NCBI GenBank assembly: GCA_041577295.1
Contig: JBFGJG010000027.1
Span: 1 to 60,537, forward strand
Length of the DNA stretch: 60,537 nt
Direction of reading: 5' to 3'
Source of the DNA: Gemmatimonadales bacterium
Lineage (GTDB): Bacteria; Gemmatimonadota; Gemmatimonadetes; Gemmatimonadales; GWC2-71-9
Part shown: positions 30,614 through 38,928 of the stretch, in pieces
Layout of the letters: every line of letters begins with the position of its first letter
How positions within the stretch are numbered: the stretch's first letter is position 1
Program-made: the position numbers and the translations under genes
The notes under the pieces: model-generated
Told to the model about the DNA's origin: nothing
The model's database searches: none
The model's input: the letters and a program-made list of their open reading frames with translations, nothing else

Positions 30614-33577
30614 ATGAATACCCACACGAACGTTGTCCTCGGGGCGTTCCTAGCAATCGGGTTCGCCCTTGCCCCCACTGGGCTCCCTGCACAGGGGTTT
30701 CCTGCGCCGTTGACCGAGCAGCAGGTGCGCGAAGTGCGCGCGGGAATCGAGACCATGAAGCAGGACCCGCGGGGACCTTATCTCCGCATCCGCTGGTTTT
30801 GCGCGGACGGGACAGTGCAACCCCCTACCGGCTCGCCGTGTCGGGAGCGCGGTGGTGGCGTGCAGCATGCTGAGTACAATGATCTCGCCAAGCGACTCGC
30901 GCGACTGCATATCCACGTCGGCACGATCCTGCAGGCTACGAGCGACGAAGACCTGCTCGATACCGCGAACGATAATTATCGGCTGAAAGAGCTCGTCCTC
31001 GCCAAACACCTCTTCGAGATCGACGACGGGTGGGCGCTCCGCAAGGCGCAGTTTTACCGCGGTGCCAAGCAGATCGAGGACGAGGAAGCGCGTGGCCACG
31101 CGTTCCTCGAGCGGCAGCTCGCCGACTCGAGCTGGGTTCGGAGCAACTACCTGCTGGCAACGCAGCTGGTGGCGAGCCTTCCCCATGCAGCGATTGGCGG
31201 CGAACAGGCCACACATCGGATTCGCAATCTCGCCACCGAGGTGGCAAACCTCGATCCGGGATTTCTCAACCTCCGGATCAAGATTCATTCGTTTCCTTCA
31301 CGGGACGACCTGGCGGCGGTACGGTCCTACCTGGCCGCCAAGCGGCACCCGACGGATGTCCAGGCAAAGCTCACGGAACTACGGGACGCGCTCGCCGAGC
31401 AGTACGACTTTCGGCGCAATGTCGACGCCCTCAGCCGGTACCGGCGGCGTCTGCAACGAGTTTTCGGGGACGATCTGCAGGCCCTGCAACGGATCTATGA
31501 AACCGGCACGCGAAGCGCAGCACTTACCAAGATCGCTGAGCTGGCGCCCCGCATTCGAGAGCGCGTGACCACGAGTCGGGACGGGAAGACGAATCTCGCA
31601 CTCCTCGACCTTCTCTGGACGTTGGAGCAGCAAGCGTTCGTGATCGGCCAAGAGCTCGAAGGTGATACGACAACGCGTATCCCCCGCGCGGATCGGCTGC
31701 GCCGCCTGTCGGAGTACACCGCGATCGCGTACGCCATGGGCTTCCTCTCATCCCGAGAACGCCACGCCCTCGACCGGGAGATCGGCCGAGTGCAGGGCGC
31801 TGGGACGATGACGGCCTTGGAGTACAAGAACGCTCTCAACTACCTGGGGCGCAGCCTGGACTGGTCCACCGCCACCGCGCGAAGCGTGTTCGGTCCCGTA
31901 CACCAACGCTATCTCCAGTTCGAGCCCAAGGCGGTGGGTTTCATCGATGCCATGGTGAGGGGATCTGCGCTGCTGCCGCAATCGATGCAGCTCGCCTACT
32001 TGGGAGCGGACGTCGACCGCGTCCTCGGCGCGTCGCACCGCATCCTCGGCCGCGAAGTGAGCCAAGGTGTTCGTGGGCTGAACCCGGGGCTGGCCATCCG
32101 GCCGCTCGAGATCATCGACCCGCACACCACGGACTGGGAGCTCCAATCCACGACGATCTACGTGCTCCCGGAGACCACGCCAGAGCTGCGACCGCCCGCA
32201 GGCGTGCTCGCGCTCGACGCGGGCAATCTGTTGTCGCACGTGCAGTTGCTGGCTCGGAATCTGGGAATCCCCAACTCGTCGGTCTCCTCGACCTTGCTTC
32301 CGTTGCTTCAGACGTATCAAGGCAAAGAGGTGTTCTACGCCGTGTCACCGATGGGGCTCGTCGTGCTCGAGGACCCCGCCCGGCTCGGCGAGGTCGAACG
32401 CAAAGTGGCAGAGGTCTCCCGGACGGTGACGCCAGAAAAGGTCAAGCTCAACACGGGCCGTCTCCGCCTCGATCGAATGGAACCCATCCCGCTCAACGAC
32501 TTGCGCGCGGAACAGTCGGGAGTCTTCGTCGGCCCCAAGGCCGCGAACCTCGGGCAGCTCGCCGCGACGTTCCCCGGTCATGTGTCGCGTGGGGTCGCCC
32601 TCCCGTTCGGAATGTTCTATCGACACGCAAACCGGCCCTATGGCGGCAGCACCAAGACCGTGCTGCAAGAGCTCGAAGACGCCTATCGCGAAGCCGCTGC
32701 CATGCGATCACGCGGGCGTTCCGAGCACGAGATCGACGAGCGGATGTTCGCCGTGCTGGCGCGTGTTCGTCAGGCCATCCAGGAGCTCGAATGGCTACCC
32801 GAGATCCGCGGTGCCGTCGTGGACGCGTTGCGAACCACTTTCGGAGGCGATCTGGTCCATGGCGTCTTCGTGCGGAGCGATACCAACGTCGAGGATCTGC
32901 CGCAATTCTCGGGGGCGGGATTGAACCTCACGGTTCCCCATCAGCGAACCGCCGATGACATCCTCGCGTCGATCAAACGCGTTTGGACGTCGCCGTTCAC
33001 GGAGCGTGCGTACCTGTGGCGCAAGCAGATCCTCGAAGAGCAAGGACGGGTATACCCCTCGGTGCTGCTCCTGGAGAGCATCCATTCCGAGAAATCCGGT
33101 GTGCTCATCACATCCGGGCTGCAGCACGGCGACCGCGCCGACCTCACCATCGCCACCGCAGAGGGCGTGGGGGGTGCTGTCGAGGGGGAGGATGCGGAGA
33201 CGATCGTGGTGGACCACGAAACCGGACAGATCACGCTGCTATCACAAGCCAAAGCGCCCTTCCGAAGGATCTTAGTCAACACCGGATCCGGCGGTGGCCG
33301 GATGGTCCCCGCCCGGCGGCCCGATCACCTGCTCAGCGACGCCGACATCCAACAGCTCCGCAACATTGTGGAGGCGTGGCAGGCGCGCCTCCGAGGAGCG
33401 GATCGGCAGCAAACGTGGGACATCGAGTTTGGCTTTGTGGGCGGGAAGCTGTGGCTGTTTCAGATCCGACCGTTCGTGCGGTTCCGCAGTAGCCAGCTGC
33501 TCGAGCGCCTGAGCGCGCTCGATGCGAGGGTCCGCGCTCGCGGAACCCGATCCATCTCGATTGCGGAGGCCATATGA
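30614..33577 (+). CDS. Exported PEP-utilizer/dikinase: signal peptide, helical domain, phospho-His domain, PPDK_N ATP-grasp
   Basis: MNTHTNVVLGAFLAIGFALAPTGLPA|Q; LSHVQLLARNLGIPN; VGPKAANLG, VRSDTNVEDLPQFSGAG, SEKSGV, DIEFG...LFQIRP. Confidence 0.88.
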   Translation: MNTHTNVVLGAFLAIGFALAPTGLPAQGFPAPLTEQQVREVRAGIETMKQDPRGPYLRIRWFCADGTVQPPTGSPCRERGGGVQHAEYNDLAKRLARLHIHVGTILQATSDEDLLDTANDNYRLKELVLAKHLFEIDDGWALRKAQFYRGAKQIEDEEARGHAFLERQLADSSWVRSNYLLATQLVASLPHAAIGGEQATHRIRNLATEVANLDPGFLNLRIKIHSFPSRDDLAAVRSYLAAKRHPTDVQAKLTELRDALAEQYDFRRNVDALSRYRRRLQRVFGDDLQALQRIYETGTRSAALTKIAELAPRIRERVTTSRDGKTNLALLDLLWTLEQQAFVIGQELEGDTTTRIPRADRLRRLSEYTAIAYAMGFLSSRERHALDREIGRVQGAGTMTALEYKNALNYLGRSLDWSTATARSVFGPVHQRYLQFEPKAVGFIDAMVRGSALLPQSMQLAYLGADVDRVLGASHRILGREVSQGVRGLNPGLAIRPLEIIDPHTTDWELQSTTIYVLPETTPELRPPAGVLALDAGNLLSHVQLLARNLGIPNSSVSSTLLPLLQTYQGKEVFYAVSPMGLVVLEDPARLGEVERKVAEVSRTVTPEKVKLNTGRLRLDRMEPIPLNDLRAEQSGVFVGPKAANLGQLAATFPGHVSRGVALPFGMFYRHANRPYGGSTKTVLQELEDAYREAAAMRSRGRSEHEIDERMFAVLARVRQAIQELEWLPEIRGAVVDALRTTFGGDLVHGVFVRSDTNVEDLPQFSGAGLNLTVPHQRTADDILASIKRVWTSPFTERAYLWRKQILEEQGRVYPSVLLLESIHSEKSGVLITSGLQHGDRADLTIATAEGVGGAVEGEDAETIVVDHETGQITLLSQAKAPFRRILVNTGSGGGRMVPARRPDHLLSDADIQQLRNIVEAWQARLRGADRQQTWDIEFGFVGGKLWLFQIRPFVRFRSSQLLERLSALDARVRARGTRSISIAEAI

Positions 33578-34878
33578 GGTCGCCGCGCCGGGTTCTTCGA
33601 TGGATCGGCGTGATGCCGTTGGTACTCCCGGTGGTGGCTGCGGGGTGGGTCTCTGACTACCCGCTAGACGCCTACGAGTACACCGGAATCCGCCGTCTCC
33701 GCGCCTATGCGATGATCCAGGACGGGACGATGCCTGGGAACATCCGCTTGCAACCCGGGGCCCGCCTGCCCTCGTCCGCCATCCGCCTGCGGCTGAAGGG
33801 CGTGAACGACACCTTCGACCTGCTGCCGAGCACACCTAAGGACCCGGAACTCCAGGCCGCAATTGAACGCATCGTGGGCAACCGGCATCCGTCCTATCGG
33901 GTGGCGTTGCTCGATATCACCGATCCCAGCAAGCCCCGTTACGCTGCGATCCGGGAAACCGAGGGTTACATCCCCGGTAGCGTGGGCAAGATCCTCGTGA
34001 TGGCGGGGCTGTTCAACGAGCTGCATAAGCTCTATCCGGACGATCCTAGCGCTCGGGCCACCGTACTCCGCACGACCACGATCGCCGCGGACCACTTCGT
34101 GAACCCCAACAGTCACGCCGTCCCCGTCGTGGCCGACGATTGGAAATCCATCACACACCGCCGGGTGTTCGTGGGAGACGTCTTCACGTTATGGGAATGG
34201 GTTGATCACATGATCTCACCCAGCTCCAACGCCGCTGGCTCCATGGTTTGGAAGCACGCGCTCCTGCTCAACCATTTCGGCCGGCAATATCCTCCGACCC
34301 GGGACCAGGAGGCGGAGTTCTTCCAGTCCACCCCGAAGCCAGAGCTCAGCGAGCGCTCGATCCGCATTCTGGAGGACCCTATGGTTGCCGTCGGGGTGGA
34401 CACGGCTCAGCTCCGGCTGCGCACGTACTTCACGACCGGTGCGTCGCGGGTCATACCAGGGAGAGGCAGCCACGCAACCCCGCGACAACTGGTCCGCTGG
34501 CTACTGAAGCTCGAGCAAGGAAAGGTCGTGGACGAGTGGAGCAGTCTCGAGATGAAGCGGATGCTCTACTTCACACGCCGACGGTACCGATATGCGGCAT
34601 CACCGGCGCTCAACAACGCCGCCGTGTACTTCAAGTCCGGCTCGCTGTACCGGTGTCGTCCGGAGGAGGGGTACCAGTGCGGGCAGTACCGGGGGAACGC
34701 TGAAAACCTGATGCACTCGGTGGCAATCGTCGAGTCGCCAGCGGTTCCGGCACCAGGGGAACGGCAACGGGTGTATCTCATCTCTATGATGTCCAACGTG
34801 TTAAAGGTCAACTCGGCGGCGGAGCACCTGGCCATCGGCAGCGAAATCGAAAGCCTCGTCCGGCGCTTGAACCCCTGA
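33574..34878 (+). CDS. Exported serine hydrolase, class A beta-lactamase/PBP fold
   Basis: SxxK (PGSVGK), SxN (SSN), KSG; N-terminal signal-like segment; ATGA overlap with the dikinase stop. Confidence 0.85.
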   Translation: MRSPRRVLRWIGVMPLVLPVVAAGWVSDYPLDAYEYTGIRRLRAYAMIQDGTMPGNIRLQPGARLPSSAIRLRLKGVNDTFDLLPSTPKDPELQAAIERIVGNRHPSYRVALLDITDPSKPRYAAIRETEGYIPGSVGKILVMAGLFNELHKLYPDDPSARATVLRTTTIAADHFVNPNSHAVPVVADDWKSITHRRVFVGDVFTLWEWVDHMISPSSNAAGSMVWKHALLLNHFGRQYPPTRDQEAEFFQSTPKPELSERSIRILEDPMVAVGVDTAQLRLRTYFTTGASRVIPGRGSHATPRQLVRWLLKLEQGKVVDEWSSLEMKRMLYFTRRRYRYAASPALNNAAVYFKSGSLYRCRPEEGYQCGQYRGNAENLMHSVAIVESPAVPAPGERQRVYLISMMSNVLKVNSAAEHLAIGSEIESLVRRLNP

Positions 34879-34992
34879 TCGCAGGGCCCGGGTGACGCCG
34901 GACACCTCCGTCCGCCTCCCTTTTCCATTAGATTTGCCGGGTTCCGGCGCCCCTCCGTCCGGAGGTCTTTTCCAGAAAGGAAGGATTGATCT

Positions 34993-35988
34993 ATGTGCAC
35001 GGGCAGCCTCTGCCGGCTGTCGGTTGTGGTGGTGGCGCTGGCGGCGACCGCCAGCCCCACGAGCACCGCTTTTGCTCAAACCGCGCGTGTCACTTCGACG
35101 CTGATACTGCCTGCCAAGGACCAAGGCCTCCAGCGACAGTTGAACGCCGTACTCGCCGAGGCTCCGTTTCGCCGGCTGCTTGCACAGAAGCGTCTGTCGG
35201 TCGCACTGGTCGACCTGTCAGACCTAAATCACATTCGTTATGCCGGCATCGACGACGACCGGATGCGGTATGCGGCGAGCTTACCGAAGATCGCCATCCT
35301 GCTCGGCGCGTTCGATCAGATCGAGAAAGGGAAACTCACCTATACCCCGGCTCTGCGCACCAAGATGGAGTTGATGATCCGTCGTTCGACGAATCGCGAG
35401 TCGACGGAGCTCATCAAACTGGTTGGGTTTCAAAACATCGCAACTACGCTGCGGAACCCGGAGTACGAGCTGTATAGCGCCAAACGCAATGGCGGGCTCT
35501 GGGTAGGTCGGGACTATGGTGGGTGGATCGGCGTGTGGCGAAGGGACCCGATGCACAACCTGTCCCATGGGGCGACGGCCCGGCAGGTCGCGCGCTTCTT
35601 CGTGATGCTCGACCAGGGAACCCTGGTGAGCCCGTGGGCCTCGGCGGAGATGAAGAGCATCCTCGCCCACCCGGAAATCAACCACAAATTCGTGCTGGGT
35701 CTCCAAGACCGCCCAACGTCGAGCATCTTTCGCAAGTCGGGAACGTGGAAGCAGTGGCACGCCGACGCGGCGCTGGTCGAACGGGACGGCAAGAAATACG
35801 TCGCGGTCGCGTTACTCGAGTCGCAAAACGCCAAGGGCGTCTTGTCGAGCTTGATTGTCAAGTTGGACGACATCATCCACCAGGCACCGAGCCCTGCGTT
35901 CAATGCCTCGCAGGTTCCCTCGGTGTTGGAGGATCTCCTCGGGAGCCCCCTCGACGCGAAGATGAGCGGTGGGGAACACGACTTCTGA
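34993..35988 (+). CDS. Exported serine hydrolase, class A beta-lactamase/PBP fold
   Basis: SxxK (AASLPK), SxN (STN), KSG; signal peptide ending AFA|Q. Confidence 0.88.
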   Translation: MCTGSLCRLSVVVVALAATASPTSTAFAQTARVTSTLILPAKDQGLQRQLNAVLAEAPFRRLLAQKRLSVALVDLSDLNHIRYAGIDDDRMRYAASLPKIAILLGAFDQIEKGKLTYTPALRTKMELMIRRSTNRESTELIKLVGFQNIATTLRNPEYELYSAKRNGGLWVGRDYGGWIGVWRRDPMHNLSHGATARQVARFFVMLDQGTLVSPWASAEMKSILAHPEINHKFVLGLQDRPTSSIFRKSGTWKQWHADAALVERDGKKYVAVALLESQNAKGVLSSLIVKLDDIIHQAPSPAFNASQVPSVLEDLLGSPLDAKMSGGEHDF

Positions 35989-36007
35989 CCACTGTGAAGA
36001 TCCCACG

Positions 36008-36047
36008 AAGAAACGCCGCCGGGACCGAACACCCGGCGGCGTTTCTT
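36008..36047. terminator. Bidirectional intrinsic terminator
   Basis: Perfect 16-bp inverted repeat AAGAAACGCCGCCGGG / CCCGGCGGCGTTTCTT between convergent transcription units. Confidence 0.85.
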
Positions 36048-36051
36048 ATTT

Positions 36052-36283
36052 GACCTTTGCAACCCGGCACGATGGCCGCCAGGCGCGCCCGATCAAACGG
36101 CGCGTGATCGCGGTTCGGTCCGGATCAGACCTCCGGTCGGCGATCGTTTGCCCTTGCCAGGTTGCAGCTTCGTAGGTCGGACAATGGATCACCTCCTTTC
36201 AAAGGGTTCAACATCGGGCGTGGACCGGGCCAAGGTAGGGCAATCCCGCTGCCAGATCAACCTCGGTGCCCGGCCCCACTGTA
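36052..36283 (-). ncRNA. Candidate structured RNA with a perfect extended Shine-Dalgarno and possible 19-aa sORF
   Basis: Nested stems 36052-36178 with a multibranch junction, a further hairpin at about 36221-36278, GAAAGGAGGTGATCCA at 36200-36185; G-U pairs favour the minus strand. Confidence 0.55.
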
Positions 36284-36288
36284 TCGCC

Positions 36289-37317
36289 TCACTGTTGGGG
36301 CCAGAAGTCTGGCTCCGGATCGGGCACGCGCACCGAATCTGGCAGCTCGACTTCCGCCGTTACCGGTTGACGGAATCGCTCGATCTCGTCGACGAACTGG
36401 AGCGCGAGCGTCGTGAGATCGATGGTACCGACCGACGAGTCGTCTTGCCGGTTCTCGACACGGGCGAGGTTGACGGAGGCCTTCTCAGATCCGCGGTCAA
36501 CAGCCGCACCATACTCCTGCGCCGCGGCCGTGTAATGACCGGTGCGCTCGAGCGCCATGCCGAGATTGTTGTGGAACACCGAGACGTCCTCGCGCAACTC
36601 GATCGCACGGGCGAGCGGCGGTAGCGCTTCCTCGAACCGCCCCTCCTGGATCAAGAGAAAACCGAGGTTGTTCATCGACCAAGCATCCTGCGCGTTCAAC
36701 ACGATGGCTTCCCAGTACGCGTCGATCGCCTCTTCAACCAGACCTAGCTGATGTCGCGCACGTCCCAACAACCGGAACGCGTCACTCGATTCACCGTCAA
36801 TTAGGAGCACCTCCTGGATGCGCTCGATCGCGTCCTCCGGACGGTTGGTCTCCAAGAACACTCGACTCAGGTTGATGAGACTCTTCACGTGCTCCGGATC
36901 CAGCTCCAGTGCCTTCTCAAACGCGCCCTCAGCGAGATCGTATTGCCCCGACTTCCACGCCGAGAGACCAAGCATGTAGTGTCCCCAGGCGTTTTCGGAC
37001 TTCCGCTCCGTGTACGACGTGAACAGGTTCACCGCCTCTTCGTAGCGTTGCTCCCGATAGGCCGTCTCCGCCTCGGCGAATGTGACCTCGCGCGGAACCA
37101 CCGGCGGTGGCGTGTCCGGGGAAATGACCGGCGTGTGTGCTGCCGGGGTCACCGGCGTGTGCTCGACCACCTGACCGGTGGCCTCCGTTCGGTCGTCGCG
37201 TGAGCGCGGCTCGCCGCAGCCATAGCTCACCCAATACACCAGGGCGAGCAGCCCGCCGACGGCGATGTGCCCCAGCCGGGTTTTGACCCGGTCGCTGCAG
37301 GTGATGCGGAACCTCAT
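36289..37317 (-). CDS. Tetratricopeptide repeat protein, probably exported/lipoprotein
   Basis: Multiple TPRs (GHYMLGLSAW..G.Y..A...F.KAL; NNLG); AGGAGG RBS; hydrophobic N-terminus ending YGC. Confidence 0.9.
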   Translation of the reverse strand: MRFRITCSDRVKTRLGHIAVGGLLALVYWVSYGCGEPRSRDDRTEATGQVVEHTPVTPAAHTPVISPDTPPPVVPREVTFAEAETAYREQRYEEAVNLFTSYTERKSENAWGHYMLGLSAWKSGQYDLAEGAFEKALELDPEHVKSLINLSRVFLETNRPEDAIERIQEVLLIDGESSDAFRLLGRARHQLGLVEEAIDAYWEAIVLNAQDAWSMNNLGFLLIQEGRFEEALPPLARAIELREDVSVFHNNLGMALERTGHYTAAAQEYGAAVDRGSEKASVNLARVENRQDDSSVGTIDLTTLALQFVDEIERFRQPVTAEVELPDSVRVPDPEPDFWPQQ

Positions 37318-37384
37318 AGTGTGCCTCCTGTGTGCTGGCGCCGCGTGGCGCCGATTCGAGATGACGTGATCACCTCGCTCTAGA

Positions 37385-37400
37385 GGCACGCTGGAGGCCA
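37385..37400 (-). promoter_or_regulatory. Putative sigma54 -24/-12 promoter of the TPR gene
   Basis: TGGCCTCCAGCGTGCC with correct GG/GC spacing; IHF-like GCTCAACGACTTA at 37427-37439; adjacent bEBP gene. Confidence 0.55.
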
Positions 37401-37500
37401 CGCATCGAGCCACGTGAGCGTAAAATGCTCAACGACTTATTGTACTGGCAGTTAGCTGGAGATGAGCCCACGGAGGTCGGGCAGAGTGCGCACGCAGATG

Positions 37501-37548
37501 TGTCCGTCTGGACCCAAGCAGCGAAGCGTGCTCGTGTACGTCAGGACA
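37501..37548. promoter_or_regulatory. Putative tandem enhancer (UAS) sites for the adjacent sigma54 activator
   Basis: Two imperfect palindromes, TGTCCGTCTGGACC (37501-14) and TGTACGTCAGGACA (37535-48), about 100-150 bp upstream of the -24 element. Confidence 0.45.
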
Positions 37549-37562
37549 TACGGTCGCCGGAA

Positions 37563-38927
37563 TCAGGGGCGTTCGATGCCGAGCCGTTTCATAATCTTGT
37601 GCAGGCTAGAATGATCCGCTAGACCGAGCGATTCCGCGGTTCGGGTGACATGCCAGTCGTGCTGTTCCAGCGCCCGGATGACGATTCGCCGCTCCGCCTC
37701 GGATCTGAGCTCGTGAAATGTCGTGCCGGCTGGGCGGACGGTCTGATCCTCTCCCCTCGCGGCTACGAGAATCTCCTCCGGCACAAATTGGACGCCGAGC
37801 ACGGCTTCATCGCTCGCAATGATCATTCGCTCGATGATGTTCCGAAGCTCGCGCACGTTGTTCTGGCGCCACTCATAGCTCATGAGTCGTTCGAGCGCCG
37901 CCGCGTCGATTCCCTTCTTGCGAATCCCAAACCGCTCGCATGTGGTGGCCATCAGGTGGTCCACCAGCGCCGGGATATCCGACGCGCGCTCGCGCAAGGG
38001 TGGGACCTGGAGGACGTGCACGTTGAGGCGGTACAAGAGATCCTGACGAAACCCCCCGTTCTCCACTTCGGCTCGGAGATCACGGTTGGTTGCCGCGATC
38101 ACGCGAGCATGGAGGGGGACCACGCGGTTGCCGCCAAGCCGGGAGAGCTGATTCTGCTCGAGGACCCGCAGCAGTTTGGCCTGCACCGGAAGGGGCAGTT
38201 CGCCCACCTCGTCGAGAAAGAGGCTTCCCTCTCCCGCTGCCTCGAAAGCGCCTTTCCGCATGCTCGCCGCACCAGTAAACGCGCCGCGCTCGTGGCCAAA
38301 CAGCTCGCTCTCGACAAGGTGCTCAGGCAAGGCAGCGCTGTTCACCGCGATGAACGGAGCCGTGGGATGCCGCCCTAGGCGATGCAGCTCCCGTGCAACC
38401 AGCTCTTTTCCCGAGCCGCTCTCGCCGAGGATCAGCACGGGGCTCGGGATGGGCGCGACGCGCTGCATGGCATCCCTGAGTTTTTGCATCGCCGGACTCG
38501 AACCGATGAGCGCGCTGTCGGGGTCAAGTTGCTTCCTCAGCGATTGCACCTCAGTCGCCAAGCGACGATGCGCAATGGCGTTTTCCACTTCCCGCGCCAC
38601 GCGCTCCATCGACTCGGCCTTGTCGATGAAGCTGTACGCCCCCAGCCGAATGGCCTGTACACAGCGATCGTAGTTGCCGGTTCCCGTGTATACGATGACC
38701 GGGAGACCGAGCTTGAGGGCCTGAAGTTCCTGGAGCACGCGGAACCCATCCACACCCGGCATCTCGAGGTCCAGGATCATACAGTCAACCGGCTCCTCAC
38801 GTATTCGCTCGAGGGCAGCCTTTCCACTCGTAGCGACTAGCGTGTCATAGCCACCGAGCCGCTTCAAATCGTAGGCATACTGCTCAGCCATGGTGGGCAC
38901 ATCATCGACGACGAGCACGAGCGTCAT
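37563..38927 (-). CDS. NtrC-family sigma54-dependent response regulator
   Basis: REC (VVDD, LDLEMPG), GESGSGKE, ESELFGHERGAFTGA, FLDEVGE, C-terminal Fis HTH. Confidence 0.95.
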   Translation of the reverse strand: MTLVLVVDDVPTMAEQYAYDLKRLGGYDTLVATSGKAALERIREEPVDCMILDLEMPGVDGFRVLQELQALKLGLPVIVYTGTGNYDRCVQAIRLGAYSFIDKAESMERVAREVENAIAHRRLATEVQSLRKQLDPDSALIGSSPAMQKLRDAMQRVAPIPSPVLILGESGSGKELVARELHRLGRHPTAPFIAVNSAALPEHLVESELFGHERGAFTGAASMRKGAFEAAGEGSLFLDEVGELPLPVQAKLLRVLEQNQLSRLGGNRVVPLHARVIAATNRDLRAEVENGGFRQDLLYRLNVHVLQVPPLRERASDIPALVDHLMATTCERFGIRKKGIDAAALERLMSYEWRQNNVRELRNIIERMIIASDEAVLGVQFVPEEILVAARGEDQTVRPAGTTFHELRSEAERRIVIRALEQHDWHVTRTAESLGLADHSSLHKIMKRLGIERP

Positions 38928-38928
38928 G

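Noticed and set aside
30614..33577. Ordinary PEP synthase/PPDK or rifampicin phosphotransferase
   Set aside because: No PEP-binding barrel, reversed domain order and a signal peptide
33574..35988. Bona fide class A beta-lactamase resistance genes
   Set aside because: Fold motifs are present, but there is no recognisable E166 omega-loop or SDN and no mobile context; activity cannot be inferred
36185..36200. 16S rRNA gene or fragment (TGGATCACCTCCTTTC)
   Set aside because: Flanks lack 16S helix 44/45 sequence (no GTAACAAGG or GGAAGGTGCGGC), so it is treated as an SD-like element instead
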